Of a stretch of DNA of 59,705 nucleotides, positions 43,329 through 53,376 are shown piece after piece (the stretch's first letter is position 1; every line of letters starts with the position of its first letter). A program made the translations under genes and the position numbers. Below the pieces are notes generated by a model. The model searched no databases and was not told the origin of the DNA. It saw only the letters and a program-made list of their open reading frames with translations. The stretch comes from Candidatus Thalassarchaeum betae. Its GTDB lineage: Archaea > Thermoplasmatota > Poseidoniia > Poseidoniales > Thalassarchaeaceae. Where the stretch lies: positions 1 to 59,705 of the forward strand of contig PSPG01000010.1 in NCBI GenBank assembly GCA_003193925.1, read 5' to 3'.

Positions 43329-44947
43329 CAGTCACCACCCATGAACGGATAGGTCCAGTCCTGAGGTATGTCCAACGTCCTCTTCACAGTCCTCGGTGAG
43401 ATCCAGCGAAGCAGGTTAAGGGGGCTACCGGCCTTGTCGTTGGTACCGCTGGCCCGCGCCCCGCCGAACGGCTGCTGAGCGACGACGGCCCCTGTCGGCT
43501 TGTCGTTGATGTAGAAGTTCCCGGCAGTGAAGCGAAGCGCGTCGAGGGCCTTCTGGATGTTCGCCTCGTCGCTGGCGAAGATGGAACCGGTGAGGGCGTA
43601 CGGGGAAGCCTCGTCGCACAGCGCGAGGACCTCCTCGAACTCACCGTCCTCGTAGACGTAGACGGTGAGCACTGGCCCGAATATCTCCTCGACCATCGAC
43701 TCGGAAGTGGGGTTGGTCGTTACTATGATGGTGGGCTCGATGAACCAGCCGGTGCTGTCATCGGACCCACCGCCGACGATGACCTCGCAGCAGTCACGGT
43801 CCCTGGCCCGTTCGATGTAGCCGGTGATCTTACGATAGGCGCGCTCGTCGATGACAGCGGTCACGAAGTTCGTGAAGTCGCGCGCATCGCCCATCTTGAT
43901 CTTGCCAATCTCGGCGCACAGATCGCTTGAGATGGCATCCCAGACCGAGCTCGGGATGTAGGCCCGGCTCGCAGCCGAGCACTTCTGGCCCTGGTACTCG
44001 AAGGAGCCGCGCAGCAGCGCGACCAGAAGCCCCTGCCGGTCGCAGTCCGGGTGAGCGACGACGAAGTCCTTTCCTCCGGTCTCACCCACTATACGCGGGT
44101 ACGAGCGCAGGTTGGGCAGTGCTATGCCGATCTCCTGCCACAGCCCCTGGAAGGTGGAGGTGGAGCCGGTGAAGTGCAGGCCGGCGAAGTCTGGGTTGGC
44201 GAGGGCGATCTCGGTGATCCCGGCGCCCGAGCCGGGCAGGAAGTTGATGACGCCGGCAGGCAAGCCGGCCTCCATCATCAGCCGCATCAGCATGTAGTTC
44301 GAGTGGTACGAGTTGCGGCTGGGCTTCCACACGCAGGTGCAGCCGACTATCGCGGGCGCGCTGGGCAGGTTGCCTGCAATGCTCGTGAAGTTGAACGGGG
44401 TGATGGCGAGGACGAAGCCCTCGAGCGGGCGGATCTCAGTCGAGTTCTCGACGCCGCTCGGCGATATCAGAGGCTGGAAGTCGTCGTGGAGGCCGCGCGC
44501 GTAGTGGCAGTTGAAGCGCCAGAAGTCGATGAGTTCGCAGGTTGCGTCTATCTCCGCCTGGAACGCCGTCTTCGACTGGTTCAGCATGGTGGAGGCATTC
44601 ACCCTCATGCGCCAGTCGCCTGCCAGCAGGTCGGCGCAGCGCTCGAAGACCGCACACCGACCCTCGAGCCCGAGGTCGACCCAGTCGGCCTGGGCGGAGA
44701 CCGCGGCCGCGCAAGCGGCCTCCATCTCCTCCCTGCCCGCTAGGTGGACGTTGGCGAGGACGTGGCCGTGGTCGTGCGGGATGACTTGGGTGGTGGTCGT
44801 GCCGGTGTAGACCTCCTCGCCGTTGATGATGCAGGGTATCTGGACGACCTCGGACATCTGGCGGTCCATCTCGGCCTGCAGCAGCGCGCTCTCCTCGGAA
44901 CCGGGGGCGTAGCCTAGAATCGGTTCGTTGCTCGGGTGCCCTGCCAC
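43328..44947 (-). CDS. pruA: L-glutamate gamma-semialdehyde (P5C) dehydrogenase
   Basis: NEPIL.Y.PGS, PFNFT, FTGST, GETGGK, GQKCSA, GTNDKAG. Confidence 0.93.
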   Translation of the reverse strand: MAGHPSNEPILGYAPGSEESALLQAEMDRQMSEVVQIPCIINGEEVYTGTTTTQVIPHDHGHVLANVHLAGREEMEAACAAAVSAQADWVDLGLEGRCAVFERCADLLAGDWRMRVNASTMLNQSKTAFQAEIDATCELIDFWRFNCHYARGLHDDFQPLISPSGVENSTEIRPLEGFVLAITPFNFTSIAGNLPSAPAIVGCTCVWKPSRNSYHSNYMLMRLMMEAGLPAGVINFLPGSGAGITEIALANPDFAGLHFTGSTSTFQGLWQEIGIALPNLRSYPRIVGETGGKDFVVAHPDCDRQGLLVALLRGSFEYQGQKCSAASRAYIPSSVWDAISSDLCAEIGKIKMGDARDFTNFVTAVIDERAYRKITGYIERARDRDCCEVIVGGGSDDSTGWFIEPTIIVTTNPTSESMVEEIFGPVLTVYVYEDGEFEEVLALCDEASPYALTGSIFASDEANIQKALDALRFTAGNFYINDKPTGAVVAQQPFGGARASGTNDKAGSPLNLLRWISPRTVKRTLDIPQDWTYPFMGGD

Positions 44948-44996
44948 GCCTTTTCGAGAGGGGGCACAACTAACATTGTTGCGTTGGGTGAATCAC

Positions 44997-45284
44997 TCAG
45001 GTCCACTCGGTAGGTTCGTCCTTCTTGGCCTTCTTCCAAGCACGGTAACAAGCCTTGCATACCGTGACTCTGCGCGAGTCCTTGTTGAGCCCCGACTCGC
45101 CCCAGACCTCGGCGGCCCTGTCGAAGGCCAGCTTGCGACCTCCGATATTCTTGTCGGCCCAGTTGTCACAGCCGGCGACGTCGCACTTGGTCTCGCCGAC
45201 GAACTCCTCGGCCGCCTTCTCCTCGGGGCCTGCCGCTGCTGCCGCGGTCTGGCGCCTCTTGCGGGCATTGGACTTGAATCCCAT
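44997..45284 (-). CDS. Small basic putative zinc-binding protein
   Basis: CDVAGC...VCKACY; co-oriented behind purA. Confidence 0.6.
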   Translation of the reverse strand: MGFKSNARKRRQTAAAAAGPEEKAAEEFVGETKCDVAGCDNWADKNIGGRKLAFDRAAEVWGESGLNKDSRRVTVCKACYRAWKKAKKDEPTEWT

Positions 45285-45308
45285 GACGGGCCGGCCAAAG
45301 TGACCCGA

Positions 45309-46655
45309 TTAGAAGGTTGCCTCGACAGAAGGAAGGTCGAACGGACCTCCCGTCTTGGCTATGGACGCCCGGCGGTCGGGGCCGACACCGATGCTTACCA
45401 CAGGCACTCCTGCTAGGTGCTCGATGCGAGCTATGTACTCCCTGATCACATCTGGCATGGCATCGAATCCGGTGCCCTCGGAGCTCGCCCTGTCTGCCAT
45501 GGCTACCCACTCCTCGTCGGACAGGGCAGGGAAGCCCGGGTGAGTCTCGTAGATCGGAGAGCAACGGGCCAGATCCTCGCTCGTAGTCGGCATGACGTGC
45601 AGCGTCCTGCCGTCCATCTCGTAGCCGACGCATATCTTGAGCTCGTCCAAGCCCCCTAGGACGTCCAGCTTGGTGATGACCAGCCCCGTGTACCCGTTGA
45701 TCCGGTTGCTCTCGCGCAGGGCGACCATGTCGAGCCACCCGGTGCGCCTGGGCCGACCGGTGGTGGTGCCGTATTCGTTGCCTATCTGCGCCATGTGCAT
45801 GCCCGGACCCTCGTCGAGAGAGAGTTCGGAGGGGAAGGGTCCGTTGCCAACGCGCGTTGTGTACGCCTTCGAGATGCCGAAGCACTGGTCGACGTGTCCC
45901 GGGTGGATGCCGGCTCCGTGGGTCGCGTTGGCCCTGCTGGTGACTGAGGAGGTGACGAAGGGGTAGGTTCCATGGTCGATATCGAGCATGGCTCCTTGTG
46001 CCCCCTCGAGCAGGACCCTCTCGCCGTTCCTCAGAGCGAGGTCGACCATCAGCCCAGTGGGCTTGATCGCCTCGGAGAACCTGTTGAGTATCCACTGCAG
46101 ATCTGCCTGCAGAGCGTCAGGCTCGATGCTCTGCTCGACCCCCACGGTCGCCAGCTGCTTGCTCATGCGCTCGGAAGCGGCTTGGACCGCCTCGGCGTCG
46201 TCAACGATGTTAGCGAGATCCGCGAACCTGATTCCGACCCTCTCGATGCGGTCGCGGTAGGTCGGACCGATTCCACGGCCCGTGGTCCCGACGAGCTTGT
46301 CGGCACCGTCGTACAGCCTGTGGAAGGGTAGGATAATCGAGGCCCGCTCGCTGATGAACAAGCGCTTGCCCTCCGGCCTCTCGCCAGTGAGTGCATGCCA
46401 CGTGTCGAGCTCCTCCTCGAGCACCCATGGGTCAATCACCATGCCGTCGCCGAGGACGAGGTTGCAGTGCTCGTAGGACACTCCTGAGGGTATCTGGTGT
46501 AGTTTGAGCGTGGTCTCGCCGAGGACGATGGTGTGACCGGCATTGCTGCCGCCTTGGAAGCGAACAGCCCAGGTGGAATGGCTGGCCAGCTGGTCTATGG
46601 CCTTGCCCTTGCCCTCGTCACCCCACTGGGCTCCAAGCACGACGCTGGCAGGCAC
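45309..46655 (-). CDS. purA: Adenylosuccinate synthetase
   Basis: QWGDEGKGK, NAGHT, EGAQG, YGTTTGRPRR, TKLDVL. Confidence 0.96.
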   Translation of the reverse strand: MPASVVLGAQWGDEGKGKAIDQLASHSTWAVRFQGGSNAGHTIVLGETTLKLHQIPSGVSYEHCNLVLGDGMVIDPWVLEEELDTWHALTGERPEGKRLFISERASIILPFHRLYDGADKLVGTTGRGIGPTYRDRIERVGIRFADLANIVDDAEAVQAASERMSKQLATVGVEQSIEPDALQADLQWILNRFSEAIKPTGLMVDLALRNGERVLLEGAQGAMLDIDHGTYPFVTSSVTSRANATHGAGIHPGHVDQCFGISKAYTTRVGNGPFPSELSLDEGPGMHMAQIGNEYGTTTGRPRRTGWLDMVALRESNRINGYTGLVITKLDVLGGLDELKICVGYEMDGRTLHVMPTTSEDLARCSPIYETHPGFPALSDEEWVAMADRASSEGTGFDAMPDVIREYIARIEHLAGVPVVSIGVGPDRRASIAKTGGPFDLPSVEATF

Positions 46656-46770
46656 CGTAGCCTCGGGCAGTATGGAGAGTGGATGAATGCTTTGGCTAGA
46701 AGCAATCCGGTTTTCCAGCGATTTCGCGGTGGGAAGCGATTATGAATGGTTGGCAGGTCGGCCGGTCTGC

Positions 46771-46926
46771 ATGGCTCAGAGGCACCCGGAGGCAGAGGCT
46801 CGATTGCTGAAGAAGTGGATTTGCATGCGCTGCTCGGCGACCCACAGGGGACGTAAGCCGAAGGTGTGCCGCAAGTGCGGATACACAGGCCTGCGGCACA
46901 AGGCCATCGAGCGCAGGAAGACATGA
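46771..46926 (+). CDS. rpl40e: 50S ribosomal protein L40e
   Basis: PEAEAR...ICMRC...CRKCGY..LR.K. Confidence 0.92.
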   Translation: MAQRHPEAEARLLKKWICMRCSATHRGRKPKVCRKCGYTGLRHKAIERRKT

Positions 46927-47543
46927 GCATGGGCATCGAGTCTGCGGGACTCGAAGGCTTCGCTCTGAGTCTCGGACTCATTCTGGCGCTGGGCCCTCAG
47001 AACGTGTTCGTGCTCAGACAGGGACTGCTTCACTCGCACGTCTTCGCCGTCTGCCTCGTCTGCTCTCTGGCCGATGCCACCCTGATTGCTGCCGGCGTCT
47101 TGGGCGTCGGCTCGGTCCTCTCGGGGATGGAGGACGCGGCGGTCTGGATTGCAGTCTTCGCAGCCGCCTTCCTAACCGGCTACGGATTGTTCCGTGTCAA
47201 ATCGGCGATGGACCCCGAGGGTATGGTCGCTGAAGGCGAGAGCGATAGCGAACTCGGGCCGACCATAGCCGCTGCACTCGCCTTCACTTTCCTCAATCCG
47301 CATGTGTACCTCGACACCCTGCTGCTGATCGGCGGCGCCTCCAGCCGCTATCTGGGGGATGAGCGGCTGGCCTTCGGGATTGGGGCTGCCACGGCCTCCT
47401 TCGTGTTCTTCTTCTCGCTAGGCTACGGGGCAAAAATGCTCTCGCCGGTGCTGAACAATCCCAAGGCGTGGAGAGTCATTGACCTGGGGGTAGCCTGCAT
47501 CATGTTCGCAATCGCCGGTGCGATACTCGCGCCTCACGTTTGA
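46923..47543 (+). CDS. LysE/ArgO amino acid exporter
   Basis: [20 protein letters not shown]. Confidence 0.9.
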   Translation: MSMGIESAGLEGFALSLGLILALGPQNVFVLRQGLLHSHVFAVCLVCSLADATLIAAGVLGVGSVLSGMEDAAVWIAVFAAAFLTGYGLFRVKSAMDPEGMVAEGESDSELGPTIAAALAFTFLNPHVYLDTLLLIGGASSRYLGDERLAFGIGAATASFVFFFSLGYGAKMLSPVLNNPKAWRVIDLGVACIMFAIAGAILAPHV

Positions 47544-48661
47544 CCGAGTAGCTCGGCCAGTGCCTCGAACAGCATCTCGACGTCCTCAGCATCGTTGTCG
47601 ATATGAGGAGATACCCTGAGCAGACCCGCCCGGCTCGTAACCAGTATTCGATATTCGTCCCGCAGCCTCCGAGCTATTTCCTCACTGCTGGTGCCCTCAG
47701 GCAGTCGCAGACTCACTATGGCGCTGCGCTCGGCGTCCGAGAGGGGGGATACAACTCCGAGCCCGAGACTCGAGGCCCCCTCGACTACGATATCGGCGAG
47801 AGAGAGGTCGTGCCTCCATACCTCGTCCATGCCCCTCTCCACCAGTTCCTCTACCGCTGCGGCGAGGCCCAGAGCGGCACCGAAGTGGATGGTGGTGTAC
47901 TCGAACCGGCTAGCGTCATCGGGTAGCTCCAGTCGGTCGGCCCTCAAATCCCACAGGTCGGAGTGGCTGCGGAAGCCCAGCAACCCCGGCACCAAGTCGC
48001 CCCTCACCGAGGGCGAGATGTACCCGACTGCGGCACCAAAAGTGCCTCGGAGCCACTTGTACCCGGATGAGACCAGAGCATCAGCGCCTGTCGCCCGGGC
48101 GTCGATAGGCAGCATCCCCATAGACTGCGTTGCATCGACGATTAGCATCGCTCCGACAGAATGCGCTGCCTCGGCGAACCTAGACAGGTCATAGCGCTGG
48201 CCGTTGGAGTACTCGACGTGCGACAGGGAGACCACGGAGGTATCCTGGTCAATCAGTGCGAGTATCTCCCCGGGGTCTGTGTAGAAGTCCTCATCGTGGC
48301 CAGCGAGGCGGATTTCGGCCCCGCTCTCCTCAGCGACCCTGCGCCATGGGTAGACGGTGGACGGAAAGGAGGCGCGGGTAGAGACGATGTTGCTGTCACT
48401 GGGTGGAGAGATCGCCCATGCGAGCGAGCAGAGCAGCTCAGTCGCGCTCGAGCCGACGCACACATCCTCGATTCCGCATGACAGCATCCTCGCGGCGGCT
48501 CGGCGGAGGGGAATCATCACGTTCTTCTCGGCCTCGCCGTCGAATTCGGCAGCCCCCCCGCGCGCGAGCGCGTCGGACCACTCCGAGGCTATCCTGTGCG
48601 CGGCGGGGGATGTCGTAGCGACGTTTGCGTAGGACAGGTTGGTCCACGTATCTAGCGCCAC
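47534..48661 (-). CDS. Class V PLP-dependent aminotransferase/lyase
   Basis: FPS..YPW, VDATQS, SGYKWL.G, RVSPH. Confidence 0.85.
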   Translation of the reverse strand: MALDTWTNLSYANVATTSPAAHRIASEWSDALARGGAAEFDGEAEKNVMIPLRRAAARMLSCGIEDVCVGSSATELLCSLAWAISPPSDSNIVSTRASFPSTVYPWRRVAEESGAEIRLAGHDEDFYTDPGEILALIDQDTSVVSLSHVEYSNGQRYDLSRFAEAAHSVGAMLIVDATQSMGMLPIDARATGADALVSSGYKWLRGTFGAAVGYISPSVRGDLVPGLLGFRSHSDLWDLRADRLELPDDASRFEYTTIHFGAALGLAAAVEELVERGMDEVWRHDLSLADIVVEGASSLGLGVVSPLSDAERSAIVSLRLPEGTSSEEIARRLRDEYRILVTSRAGLLRVSPHIDNDAEDVEMLFEALAELLGQT

Positions 48662-48710
48662 AGTCGACCCCCTTCGGAGGCTGAACGACAGGAGTCCCGC
48701 ACTTCAAGGC

Positions 48711-48986
48711 TCAGGAGCGCCTGACTTCGGCCAGAAGCGTCTCGAGAGCGGTTTGCACCTGAAGGCACAGGGGGCCGTAGTAGATGGGTAGGTTGGCGTC
48801 GTTGAAGATGTCGTCTAGAATCGAGGCGGTCATGCCCAGCCTCAGGTCCATCTCCTTGTCCTTGTTGAGCAGATGCTGCTCGACCGCGTCCTTCGACAGG
48901 ATCCTGATGTTGCGTGGGACCTGACTGTCATCGAGCTGCTCGAGGACCTGGGCAATCTGCTGTATCCTGTCTTCGATGTCGGTCAC
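48711..48986 (-). CDS. UPF0147 family protein
   Basis: D.QVPRNIR, ILDDI.ND.NLP. Confidence 0.8.
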   Translation of the reverse strand: MTDIEDRIQQIAQVLEQLDDSQVPRNIRILSKDAVEQHLLNKDKEMDLRLGMTASILDDIFNDANLPIYYGPLCLQVQTALETLLAEVRRS

Positions 48987-49060
48987 GCATATCCCTCTGA
49001 TGCGGCCACCCGAAAGGGCTCCTTAAGCGCATCCCCAGAACAATCCCGCATGGGTCGGGC

Positions 49061-49846
49061 TCAGCCCCTCCAAGTGGCCCAGGGCATGTCGGTGTTGGAG
49101 TGGCCCCGACCTTCGCCCTCGGCTCCCATCGAGATCAGTCCGACCGACACTCCATCGTCGATCAACTCGTCGATGCCCCATCGCATCGCTGCATCGAGCG
49201 AGCCACCTGTAGAGCGGATTCGCTCGTATACCCTATAGCTCAGCAGCGATCTGGTGATTGCCTCGCCCACGCCGGTGGCGGCCACGGCCAGATTGCCTTC
49301 GACCCAGAAGCCGGAGCCGGGCAGAGGGACGTCGCCGACCCTTCCGGCGGGTCGGAAGCTGGTCCCGCCAGTGCTGGTCGCGCAGGCGATTGAACCAGTG
49401 CTGTCTCGGGCGATGACGCCCACGGTGTCTCCCGACTCCTCCTTGGGGGGTCTGCCCACGACGGCGGCCTTGGGGTGACCCCTGGCATCCGCCCAGACCC
49501 TGCCCCCATCTCCGGCGAGGCCGTTGATCTCCTCGTCGAGCAGGTCGGCTGCGACACGTATCGGGTTGGGGGTGTCGCGAATCCCTATGACGAAGCCGAG
49601 GCGGCCGTCAGAGGTCTGCAGCGAGGCATCCAGCGAGACCGAGCCATCGTTTCGCAATACCCCCCCGGTGCCGGCGTTGAACACCGGGTCGTCCTCGAAG
49701 ATGACACATGCCTCGACGGCGGCCTCTACAGCCGAGCCGCCGGCTTGGAGGATCTCGGCGGCGCGCTGCACCCCAGCTTCGACGTTCGCCTTCCTGTCCG
49801 GCCCCGGGCCAGCGCCGCCGTGTGCCACTGCCGCCGGTGTCGCCAT
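49061..49846 (-). CDS. Isoaspartyl peptidase / L-asparaginase (Ntn hydrolase)
   Basis: HGGAG, FNAGTG, GD/TVG cleavage site, TSTGG, GRVGD, TGVGE. Confidence 0.9.
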   Translation of the reverse strand: MATPAAVAHGGAGPGPDRKANVEAGVQRAAEILQAGGSAVEAAVEACVIFEDDPVFNAGTGGVLRNDGSVSLDASLQTSDGRLGFVIGIRDTPNPIRVAADLLDEEINGLAGDGGRVWADARGHPKAAVVGRPPKEESGDTVGVIARDSTGSIACATSTGGTSFRPAGRVGDVPLPGSGFWVEGNLAVAATGVGEAITRSLLSYRVYERIRSTGGSLDAAMRWGIDELIDDGVSVGLISMGAEGEGRGHSNTDMPWATWRG

Positions 49847-49854
49847 CCAATCAC

Positions 49855-51186
49855 CTATGCTGCTCCCCGCGCCTGTGGCTCGCCGCTCAGTCGCAGCCTC
49901 AGTTGGAGGATAGTGGCGAGGACGAATATAATTCCTGCTACTCGGAAGCAGGTGTGGTAGGTCCACAGGCCCGTGCCCTGCACCGTCAGTGACCACAGAT
50001 AGGCTGCTAACAGAGGTCCAATGATGCGGGCCAGGGCTCCGAAGCCCTCCTGCGCTCCCATCACCATCCCCAGTTCGTAACCCCTGGACTTGGCCTCGAA
50101 AGTGAGCATCGACGACTGCGTCGGTGAGAACAGCCCGTTACCTATGGCGAGTCCCGCCGAGGATGCGAAGATGAGCCAACTGACGTCGGACGGGACGTAG
50201 GGTATGCTGGCTATGCCGAGGCCGCACAGCAGTGTGCCGACCAGCATCAGGCGCGGCATGCTGAACCTGTCAGTAAGAGGACCGATCAAGATGCCTTGAA
50301 TGACGACTCCGAGCAGCCCGATAAAGGCGAAAATCCAGCCGTTGTCCAGCTCGCTCCAGCCCAGCCCCCCGTCCGCGGGTGCCATCGAGGTGAACAAGAT
50401 GAACGTGCCGTGCATCATGCTGAACCCCATCAGGAAGAGGAAGTTGATCGAGACCAAGGTGGATACGATCGGGAACCTCAACACCTTGACGATGTTCGTC
50501 ATCATGCCCCCGATGCCGCTGAGCACGGAGCCCTCGGAGGACTTCCTAGCCTCTGGAGGCAGGCTCTCCGGGAGGCGGGTGATGGCTAAGAAGAGCGAGA
50601 GCAGCGACAGGGCGCTGGAGAACACACACGGGAGCAGGTACGGGTAATCGATCCACAGCTGTCCGTCGAACGGCGCGCCGATGCCGTGGGCCGGGTCGGA
50701 CAGAATGCCGCCGATGAACGGGCCGATCATGAAGCCCAGCCCGAAGGCCGCGCCGATCAACCCCATTCTCCGAGCGATCATCTCCGGCTCGCTGATGTCA
50801 CCGATGTAGGCCCTTGCTACGGCGATGTTTCCATTTCCTGCTCCTGCTAGGAAGCGGGCGGCTATCGCCATCCCGAGGCTACCGGACAGGCCGAAGACGG
50901 TGAAGAAGACCGTGTTCGAGGCCAGTCCGAACATCAGGATCGGCCTGCGGCCCACCCTGTCACTGAGCGAGCCCAGAACCGGGGTGAAGATGAACTGGGC
51001 CAGTGAGTAGACCGCGATCACGATGCCGACCCAGAGGTCGCGGCTCCCTACGTCGACGATTCCCTCGGCGACGGCCAGGTCCTGAACGTAGTAGGTCAGG
51101 AAGGGGATTACGATGGTGAACCCGATCATGTCCACCAACACGACGAGGAAGAGTACGCTCATCGGTGAGTGCTGCTTCTGGCTCAT
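49855..51186 (-). CDS. MFS transporter (TetA/DHA1-like)
   Basis: GSLSDRVGRRP motif A; GFMIGPFIGG motif C. Confidence 0.9.
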   Translation of the reverse strand: MSQKQHSPMSVLFLVVLVDMIGFTIVIPFLTYYVQDLAVAEGIVDVGSRDLWVGIVIAVYSLAQFIFTPVLGSLSDRVGRRPILMFGLASNTVFFTVFGLSGSLGMAIAARFLAGAGNGNIAVARAYIGDISEPEMIARRMGLIGAAFGLGFMIGPFIGGILSDPAHGIGAPFDGQLWIDYPYLLPCVFSSALSLLSLFLAITRLPESLPPEARKSSEGSVLSGIGGMMTNIVKVLRFPIVSTLVSINFLFLMGFSMMHGTFILFTSMAPADGGLGWSELDNGWIFAFIGLLGVVIQGILIGPLTDRFSMPRLMLVGTLLCGLGIASIPYVPSDVSWLIFASSAGLAIGNGLFSPTQSSMLTFEAKSRGYELGMVMGAQEGFGALARIIGPLLAAYLWSLTVQGTGLWTYHTCFRVAGIIFVLATILQLRLRLSGEPQARGAA

Positions 51187-51188
51187 GG

Positions 51189-51209
51189 CATCCCCGCTTC
51201 GCGGGGATG
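51189..51209. repeat. Perfect 9-3-9 inverted repeat CATCCCCGC-TTC-GCGGGGATG between lonB and the MFS gene
   Basis: Seen directly; could be a terminator or an operator. Confidence 0.55.
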
Positions 51210-51243
51210 ATGCGGGACTTGAAGCATTACGGCGAGGCGCCGC

Positions 51244-53298
51244 TCAAGCAGAAGGTTGGGTGTCGGTTCCCTTGTGGATGGTGTCGATTACCTTGGCTAG
51301 GCGCTCGACGAGACTGACCTTCTCCTCGGCCCCTACGAGGGAGTGCTCAAGGACCTCATCGAGTGAGTCCACAGGTATGACTTCGACCATCTGCTCCCAC
51401 TTCTCGTCCATCAAGACGTCCTGCAGGTTCGCTCGCGGAATCACCACCTTCTCGATGCCGGACTTGGCAGCGGCCTCGATCTTGGCTGTGACGCCGCCGA
51501 CCGGGAGGATCTCGCCGCGCACCGAGAGAGATCCCGTCATCGCGAGATTCTGCTCGATCGGCACGCCCTCGAAGGCGCTGATGATGGCAGTTGCCATGGT
51601 GATGGAGGCACTGTCGCCGTCGACGTTATGAGTACCCGGGAACTGCACATGCAGGTCATAGTCCTTGATGTCCTTGCCAGTGAGCTTCTTGACGACGGCG
51701 GTGATGTTGCTCACGCTCTCGTTAGCCAAGTCGGACAGGCCCCCCGTCGCGATGACCCGTCCGGACATGCCTTGGGCGGGAGTCACCATCGCCTCGACGG
51801 GTATGACTACCCCTGAGTAGTCGGACAGGCCGCTGTCAGTACCTAGCACGGCAAGTCCGTTGACTCGTCCCACGCGGTGGCCACGGTTGACCAGCATCGC
51901 GTACTCAGATTGGCGCTCGAGGTAGCGGTCTGCAACTTGTTGCTCGAGCGGCTTGGCGATCTCCCTGGCTCGAGTAACGTGCACCGAGCGTGTCAGTTCG
52001 GCGCCCTCCTCAGCTGCGAGGTCACCGGCTATGCGCACCAGGCCGCCGAGCTCGCGCAGTCGCAGGGACAACTTACCTCGGCGGCCGCTGCGCCTCTGGG
52101 CCTCCTTGAGGATCAGTGCTATCGAACTTCGATCGAAGTGTGGAATCGGCTTTCCGGAGTCCTTGTCAGCCTCGTTTCGGACCTCTTGCGCGATGAAGCG
52201 GATGAGGCGTCGGCGGTTGAGCTCGGTGTCGGGCATGTCGGTGTTGACATAGACCTCGTAGCCGTAGCCTCGGATACGGCTTCGCAGGGCGGGGTGCATG
52301 TTCTGGACGCTGTCGAGGTTGCCGGCCGCGATGAGGATGAAGTCGGTGGGCACCGGCTCTGACTTGGTCAGAGCGCCCGAGGAGCGCTCGGAGCGGCCGC
52401 AGATGGAGAGCTCCTTCTCCTGCATCGCGATAAGCAGGGCCTGCTGTTCCTCCATCCTGAGCATGCGAATCTCGTCTATGTAGAGCACTCCCTTGTTGGC
52501 GCGATGGACCGCGCCGGGCTCGACCCTCTCGTGGGCCGGAGTCGCCAAGTCGGCGCCGGACTGGAACGGGTCGTGTCGGACATCTCCCAGCAGGGCTCCG
52601 GCGAGGGTGCCCGTCGCGTCGATGAACGGAGGCTCGTCGCTCCGCTCGTGCTTGATTAGCAGCTTCGGGATGTTCCCCTCGTCACCGGCTGTCAGGCGGG
52701 TTCGGAGGAAGAAGTAGCCGAAGACGAGGATGAAGGAGCCGAAGATGAAGGTCAGGATCTCACCGCTGGTGATGGTCGCCAGCAGGAGGGCGGCGCCGAT
52801 GACGAGGGCGACGAACAGCAGGGTGCGGTTAGTGCGCTCCCTCTGCAGGCGGATCTGAGCCCGGCGCTCGGAGATAATGCGGGAGCCGCGTCCGGCCGGG
52901 ACGGTGCGGATGATCGGCTCGTTCTCGTCCTCCGAGTTGCGGTAGACCATGACGTCCTCGAGACGCTCCCGCGGCAGGAACTCCGTCATCGAGCGGGCCA
53001 GCATCGACTTGCCGGTGCCGGGATCGCCGACCATGATGACGTGGCGTCGCTGCTCGGCGGCCTTACGGACCACGATTGAGGCGGCTTCCTGCCCGATGAC
53101 CTGATCGACCAGTTTCGGAGGAATCGGCACATCTGCGGTCGAGGTTATGTCGACGCCGTCGATCCACTCCTGAACATGGGTCTCGCAGACCGGATCCTTG
53201 TTGACAGAGACCCCGAACGCGGCGCCGTCTTCCCAGGATTCCAAGGGGTCCTGATCGGGCCGCTCGATGTCGTCCGACTGGTCTGTCTCATCGCTCAT
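51244..53298 (-). CDS. lonB: Archaeal membrane-anchored Lon protease
   Basis: GDPGTGKS Walker A, TM insertion, YIDE, DGDSAS catalytic Ser, GGVTAK Lys. Confidence 0.95.
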   Translation of the reverse strand: MSDETDQSDDIERPDQDPLESWEDGAAFGVSVNKDPVCETHVQEWIDGVDITSTADVPIPPKLVDQVIGQEAASIVVRKAAEQRRHVIMVGDPGTGKSMLARSMTEFLPRERLEDVMVYRNSEDENEPIIRTVPAGRGSRIISERRAQIRLQRERTNRTLLFVALVIGAALLLATITSGEILTFIFGSFILVFGYFFLRTRLTAGDEGNIPKLLIKHERSDEPPFIDATGTLAGALLGDVRHDPFQSGADLATPAHERVEPGAVHRANKGVLYIDEIRMLRMEEQQALLIAMQEKELSICGRSERSSGALTKSEPVPTDFILIAAGNLDSVQNMHPALRSRIRGYGYEVYVNTDMPDTELNRRRLIRFIAQEVRNEADKDSGKPIPHFDRSSIALILKEAQRRSGRRGKLSLRLRELGGLVRIAGDLAAEEGAELTRSVHVTRAREIAKPLEQQVADRYLERQSEYAMLVNRGHRVGRVNGLAVLGTDSGLSDYSGVVIPVEAMVTPAQGMSGRVIATGGLSDLANESVSNITAVVKKLTGKDIKDYDLHVQFPGTHNVDGDSASITMATAIISAFEGVPIEQNLAMTGSLSVRGEILPVGGVTAKIEAAAKSGIEKVVIPRANLQDVLMDEKWEQMVEVIPVDSLDEVLEHSLVGAEEKVSLVERLAKVIDTIHKGTDTQPSA

Positions 53299-53328
53299 AG
53301 GCGCTCCCCCGAGGATGGTGCTGACGTT

Positions 53329-53347
53329 CGCACCTTCTTAAGGTGCG
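53329..53347. promoter_or_regulatory. 8-3-8 inverted repeat CGCACCTT-CTT-AAGGTGCG over a TATA-like element upstream of lonB
   Basis: Seen directly, 31-49 nt upstream of the lonB ATG. Confidence 0.4.
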
Positions 53348-53376
53348 TCAAAACTGGCAATCGCTGTTAAGGGCGA

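Noticed and set aside
49855-51186. Tetracycline resistance gene
   Set aside because: Generic DHA1 MFS motifs only; no tetR or mobile context.
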